NCBI GenBank assembly: GCA_030390025.1
Contig: CM059438.1
Coordinates: 55,926,001-55,990,000 of the forward strand
Reading direction: 5' to 3'
DNA: 64,000 nucleotides
Origin: Squalus acanthias
Taxonomy: Eukaryota
The notes below the pieces were generated by a model. That model was not told the DNA's origin and searched no databases. It saw only the letters and a program-made list of their open reading frames with translations. Position numbers and translations under genes: made by a program. This document shows, piece after piece, positions 58,741 through 64,000 of this stretch; the stretch's first letter is position 1, and every line of letters begins with the position of its first letter.

Positions 58741-60309
58741 GGAATAGGGATAGGGATAGGGATAGGTATAGGGATAGGAATAGGGATAGGGATAGGAATA
58801 GGGATAGGGATAGGGATAGGGATAGGGATAGGGATAGGAATAGGGATAGGGATAGGGTTAGTGATAGGGATAGGGATAGTGATAGGGATAGGGATAGGGA
58901 TAGTGATAGGGATAGGGATAGGGATAGGGATAGGGATAGGGATAGGGATAGTGATAGGGATAGGGATAGTGATAGGGATAGGGATAGGGATAGGAATAGG
59001 GATAGGGATAGGGATAGGAATAGGGATAGGGATAGGAATAGGGATAGGGATAGGGATAGGGATAGGGATAGTGATAGGGATAGGGATAGGAATAGGGATA
59101 GGGATAGGGATAGTGATAGGGATAGGGATAGGGATAGTGATAGGGATAGGGATAGGAATAGGGATAGGGATAGGGATAGTGATAGGGATAGGGATAGTGA
59201 TAGGGATAGGGATAGGGATAGTGATAGGGATAGGGATAGGAATAGGGATAGGGATAGGGATAGGAATAGGGATAGGGATAGGGATAGGGATAGGGATAGG
59301 GATAGGGATAGTGATAGGGATAGGGATAGGGATAGGAATAGGGATAGGGATAGGGATAGTGATAGGGATAGGGATAGTGATAGGGATAGGGATAGGGATA
59401 GTGATAGGGATAGGGATAGTAATAGGGATAGGGATAGGGATAGGGATAGGGATAGTGATAGGGATAGGGATAGGGATAGGGATAGGGATAGTGATAGGGA
59501 TAGGGATAGTGATAGGGATAGGAATAGGGATAGGGATAGGGATAGGAATAGGGATAGCGATAGGGATAGTGATAGGGATAGGAATAGGGATAGGGATAGG
59601 GATAGGAATAGGGATAGGGATAGGAATAGGGATAGGGATAGGGATAGTGATAGGGATAGGGATAGGGATAGGGATAGGGATAGGGATAGTGATAGGGATA
59701 GGAATAGGTATAGGGATAGGGATAGGAATAGGGATAGGGATAGGGATAGGGATAGGGATAGTGATAGGGATAGGGATAGGGATAGGGATAGGGATAGTGA
59801 TAGGGATAGGAATAGGGATAGGGATAGGGATAGGAATAGGGATAGGAATAGGGATAGGGATAGGGATAGGAATAGGGATAGGGATAGGGATAGGGATAGG
59901 GATAGGGATAGTGATAGGGATAGGGATAGTGATAGGGATAGGGATAGTGATAGGGATAGGGATAGGGATAGTGATAGGGATAGGAATAGGGATAGGGATA
60001 GTGATAGGGATAGGGATAGGGATAGTGATAGGGATAGGAATAGGGATAGGGATAGGGATAGTGATAGGGATGGGGATAGGGATAGTGATAGTGATAGGGA
60101 TAGGGATAGGGATAGTGATAGGGATAGTGATAGGGATAGGGATAGGGATAGGGATAGGGATAGGAATAGGGATAGGGATAGGGATAGTGATAGGGATAGG
60201 GATAGTGATAGGGATAGGGATAGGGATAGTGATAGGGATAGGGATAGGGATAGGGATAGTGATAGGGATAGGGATAGGGATAGGGATAGGGATAGTGATA
60301 GGGATAGGG
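58741..60309 (+). repeat. Simple (GGGATA)n array with GTGATA and GGAATA variants; right end of the satellite
   Basis: GGGACA and GAGATA units and all HOR landmarks disappear; abrupt transition to unique DNA at about 60310. Confidence 0.97.
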
Positions 60310-61088
60310 GATGGATCCTCCGTTATTGGAATTCCCTGGGTCACAGAGGAGCTGAGCTCAGTCTGGGGGTTGCTCTGCTCACTGAGATGGGGCATTTAGG
60401 CTTCCAATAGGGTGCACGTGGCTAAAGGAGGGTCCAGGTTCGGAAAGCAGCCTTTCACCCCGAAAGATGGCACATTTTCTTCCCTTAAGTGTCCCCACTA
60501 CCCGCTTTACACAGTGGGTACGAAATGTAATCCTGGGGGAGGTCATGGGCACCCGTGGCGAGCAGGCAGGCGCTAGAGTCCCCAGTAGTTTGGGGCAGGT
60601 GGCAATTCAGTGACCCATGCCCATGGGTGCCCTCATACTGATCACACAAACTCCGGACTGCACCAGGCAGCACAATTGACAGTATCACACCTGAGGAGCT
60701 TTGGGCCCAAGCGCTACATACCCTGGGTTAATAGTCAGATTCAACTAAAAGGAACATTTGAAAACGGAGTTTTGCACGTCCTGGCAGACGAGCTGCAATG
60801 ACACCAGTCACAGACCTTGGTTCCCAATGCTTTCCAACCTTCCACTGCTCTGCGATGTGGGCTCCACCTTGAACGAGCTCCCCTGCCTGGTGAGGGCGGT
60901 GGATGATCCAGTCTGCAAATCAGGGAGGCTGGCGAGGGTCTGAAAGATACTGACAGCTCCACAGGAACAGTGATTGAAGAAAAAGTCCTGACCAGTGGAA
61001 GAAATAAAGCGAGAGTTAGAAAGGGACTTGTAGTGAAGGACTGATATGATAATGTTCCATCGACATTCCCCCAAGGCTCCTCCTCGAA

Positions 61089-61204
61089 CCCCAGCAAATC
61101 AACCAGTCACACTTTCACCCCAGTCCCCAGCACATCAACCAGTCACACTTTCACCCCAGTCCCCAGCACATCAACCAGTGCACACTTTCACCCCAGTCCC
61201 CAGC
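61089..61204 (+). repeat. 36-bp tandem repeat, about 3.2 copies (CCCCAGCACATCAACCAGTCACACTTTCACCCCAGT)
   Basis: Units at 61089-61124, 61125-61160, 61161-61197 (one extra G) and a partial unit at 61198-61204. Confidence 0.95.
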
Positions 61205-61596
61205 GCAATATTATTTCAGTTCAAAGGCATTTTATTTCTTAAATAGAAATAGAACGTTCTAGAAACAAACAACACGTCAGGAGCCGGCTGGAAGAAGAAC
61301 GGATGAATATTTGGGGAGGGGGTGAGCGATCACCGCCAGGACACTGGTGGGGGGAGCGGCGGAGACACTGATACACAGGAGGCCGTGATTGGCAAATAAA
61401 CGGTCAGCACATTTTTAAAAGTTGCAGAGTTGAAAAATGCTGATCAGGCCCAAAGATTATCTTAGTCAGGCTTCAGAACAAGAAAGTGTCAGTGAAAACA
61501 GAGGCAACAGGCAGCCTGAGAGTTTACAGATTGTTCTCATTTGTGCTTGCTTGCTCTTCAAAAACATGCTACAAAAATTCGAAGGATTTCCTGTCA

Positions 61597-64000
61597 CACA
61601 GAGAAACTGCACCAGACACAGAGACACTGCACCAGACACAGAGAAACTGCACCAGACACAGAGACACTGCACCAGACACAGAGAAACTGCACCAGACACA
61701 GAGACACTGCACCAGACACAGAGACACTGCACCAGACACAGAGAAACTGCACCAGACACAGAGACACAGCACCAGACACAGAGACACTGCACCAGACACA
61801 GATATACTGCACCAGACACAGAGACACTGCACCAGACACAGAGAAACTGCACCAGACACAGAGACACTGCACCAGACACAGAGAGACTGCACCAGACACA
61901 GAGACACTGCACCAGACACAGAGACACTGCACCAGACACAGAGACACTGCACCAGACACAGAGACACTGCACCAGACACAGAGAGACACTGCACCAGACA
62001 CAGAGACACTGCACCAGACACAGAGACACTGCACCAGACACAGAGACACTGCACCAGACACAGAGACACTGCACCAGACACAGAGACACTGCACCAGACA
62101 CAGAGAAACTGCACCAGACACAGAGACACTGCACCAGACACAGAGACAATGCACCAGACACAGAGACACTGCACCAGACACAGAGACACTGCACCAGACA
62201 CAGAGACACTGCACCAGACACAGAGAAACTGCACCAGACACAGAGACACTGCACCAGACACAGAGACACTGCAACAGACACAGAGAAACTGCACCAGACA
62301 CAGAGACACTGCACCAGACACAGAGACACTGCACCAGACACAGAGACACTGCACCAGACACAGAGACACTGCACCATACACAGAGAAACTGCACGAGACA
62401 CAGAGACACTGCACCAGACACAGAGAGACATTGCACCAGACACAGAAAGAGACGCTGCACCAGACACAGAGAAACTGCACCAGAAACAGAGACACTGCAC
62501 CAGACACAGAGACACCGCACCAGACACAGAGACACCGCACCAGACACAGAAAAACTGCACCAGACACAGAGAGACACTGCACCAGACACCGAGACACTCC
62601 ACCAGACACAGAGTGACACTGCACCAGACAGAGAGACACTGCACCAGACACAGAGACACTGCACCAGACACAGAGACACAGCACCAGACACAGAGACACT
62701 GCACCAGACACAGAGAAACTGCACCAGACACAGAGACACTGCACCAGACACAGAGACACTGCACCAGACACAGAGACACTGCACCAGACATAGAAAAACT
62801 GCACCAGACACAGAGAGACACTGCACCAGACACAGCGACACTGCACCAGACACAGAGACACAGCATCAGACACAGAGACACTGCACCAGACACAGAAACT
62901 GCACCAGACACAGAGACACTGCACCAGACACAGAGACACTGCACCAGACACAGAGACGCTGCACCAGACACAGAGACACTGCACCAGACACACAGAGACA
63001 CTGCACCAGACACAGAGACAGTGCACCAGACACAGAGAGACTGCACCAGACACAGAGACACAGCACCAGACACAGAGACACTGCACCAGACACAGGCACA
63101 CTGCACCAGACACAGAGACACTGCACCAGACACAGAGAGACACTGCACCAGACACAGAGACACTGCACCAGACACAGAGAGACACTGCACCAGACACAGA
63201 AAGAGACACTGCACCAGACACTGAGACACTGCACCAGACGCAGTGACACAGCATCAGACACAGAGACACTGCACCAGACACAGAAAGAGACACTGCACCA
63301 GACACAGAGACACTGCACCAGACACAGAGACACTGCACCAGACACAGAGACACTGCACCAGACACAGAGAGACACTGCACCAGACACAGAGACACTGCAC
63401 CAGACACAGAGACACAGCACCAGACACAGAGACACTGCACCAGACACAGAGACACTGCACCAGACACAGAGACACTGCACCAGACACAGATAGATACTGC
63501 ACCAGACACAGAGACACTGCACCAGACACAGAGACACAGCACCAGACACAGAGACACTGCACCAGACACAGAGACACTGCACCAGACACAGAGACACTGC
63601 ACCAGACACAGATAGATACTGCACCAGACACAGAGACACTGCACCAGACACAGAGACACTGCACCAGACACAGAGACACTGCACCAGACACAGAGACACT
63701 GCACCAGACACTGAGACACTGCACCAGACACAGAGACACTGCACCAGACACAGAGACACTGCACCAGACACAGAGACACTGCACCAGACACAGAGACACT
63801 GCACCAGACACAGAGACACTGCACCAGACACAGAGACACTGCACCAGACACAGAGACACTGCAGCAGACACAGAGAGACACTGCACCAGACACAGAGACA
63901 CTGCACCAGACAGAGAGAGAGAGACACTGCAGTGACACAGAGACACTGCACCAGACAGAGAGAGAGAGACACTGCACCAGACACAGAGACACTGCACCAG
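61597..64000 (+). repeat. 20-bp minisatellite (CACAGAGACACTGCACCAGA)n, over 100 copies, continuing past the window end
   Basis: Near-perfect 20-bp periodicity with GAGAAACT variants and 22-bp units carrying an extra GA. Confidence 0.98.

Noticed and set aside
60547..60632. Imperfect 12-bp inverted repeat GGGCACCCGTGG / CCATGGGTGCCC
   Set aside because: Short, one mismatch, about 60-nt loop; no TSD or RNA-family features, so compatible with chance.
60657..60666. ACTGCACCAG matching the minisatellite core about 1 kb upstream of the array
   Set aside because: A single 10-bp match is insufficient to claim a relationship.
60485..61246. Several 61-118 aa ORFs in the unique island
   Set aside because: Overlapping on both strands, of lengths expected by chance, with no recognisable motifs; one is just the translated 36-bp repeat.
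61437..63997. ORFs with repeating HCTRHRDTAPDTETLHQTQR or CLVQCLCVWCSVSVSGAVSL, resembling Cys/His-rich or zinc-finger proteins
   Set aside because: All frames give the same 20-aa cycle from a 20-bp DNA unit, and non-triplet indels are tolerated.

Overview
Eukaryotic, almost entirely repetitive window, most likely from a cartilaginous fish (shark/ray). That assignment rests on my recognition of the CR1/HER1-type LINE 3' end and an HE1/V-SINE-type fragment. About 1-60309 is one giant satellite of the hexamer GGGATA (ATAGGG, one base from telomeric TTAGGG) and its variants, arranged in 1-4 kb higher-order repeats (HORs) with ordered landmark motifs. It is interrupted by a 5'-truncated CR1 LINE (16342-18121, minus strand, premature stop), two 500-N scaffold gaps and a SINE/CR1-tail fragment (51608-51891). 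The contig between the gaps (23497-34365) is inverted and repeats 16340-22996, including a second, open copy of the same CR1 insertion; this is probably a redundant, mis-oriented haplotig. After the satellite come about 1.3 kb of unique DNA (a 36-bp x3 repeat and a weak candidate exon) and a 20-bp minisatellite running off the right edge. The only real protein-coding signal is the CR1 reverse transcriptase; the other long ORFs are by-products of repeat periodicity. I found no convincing host gene and no demonstrable new biological system. The most interesting object is the structured telomere-like satellite itself.
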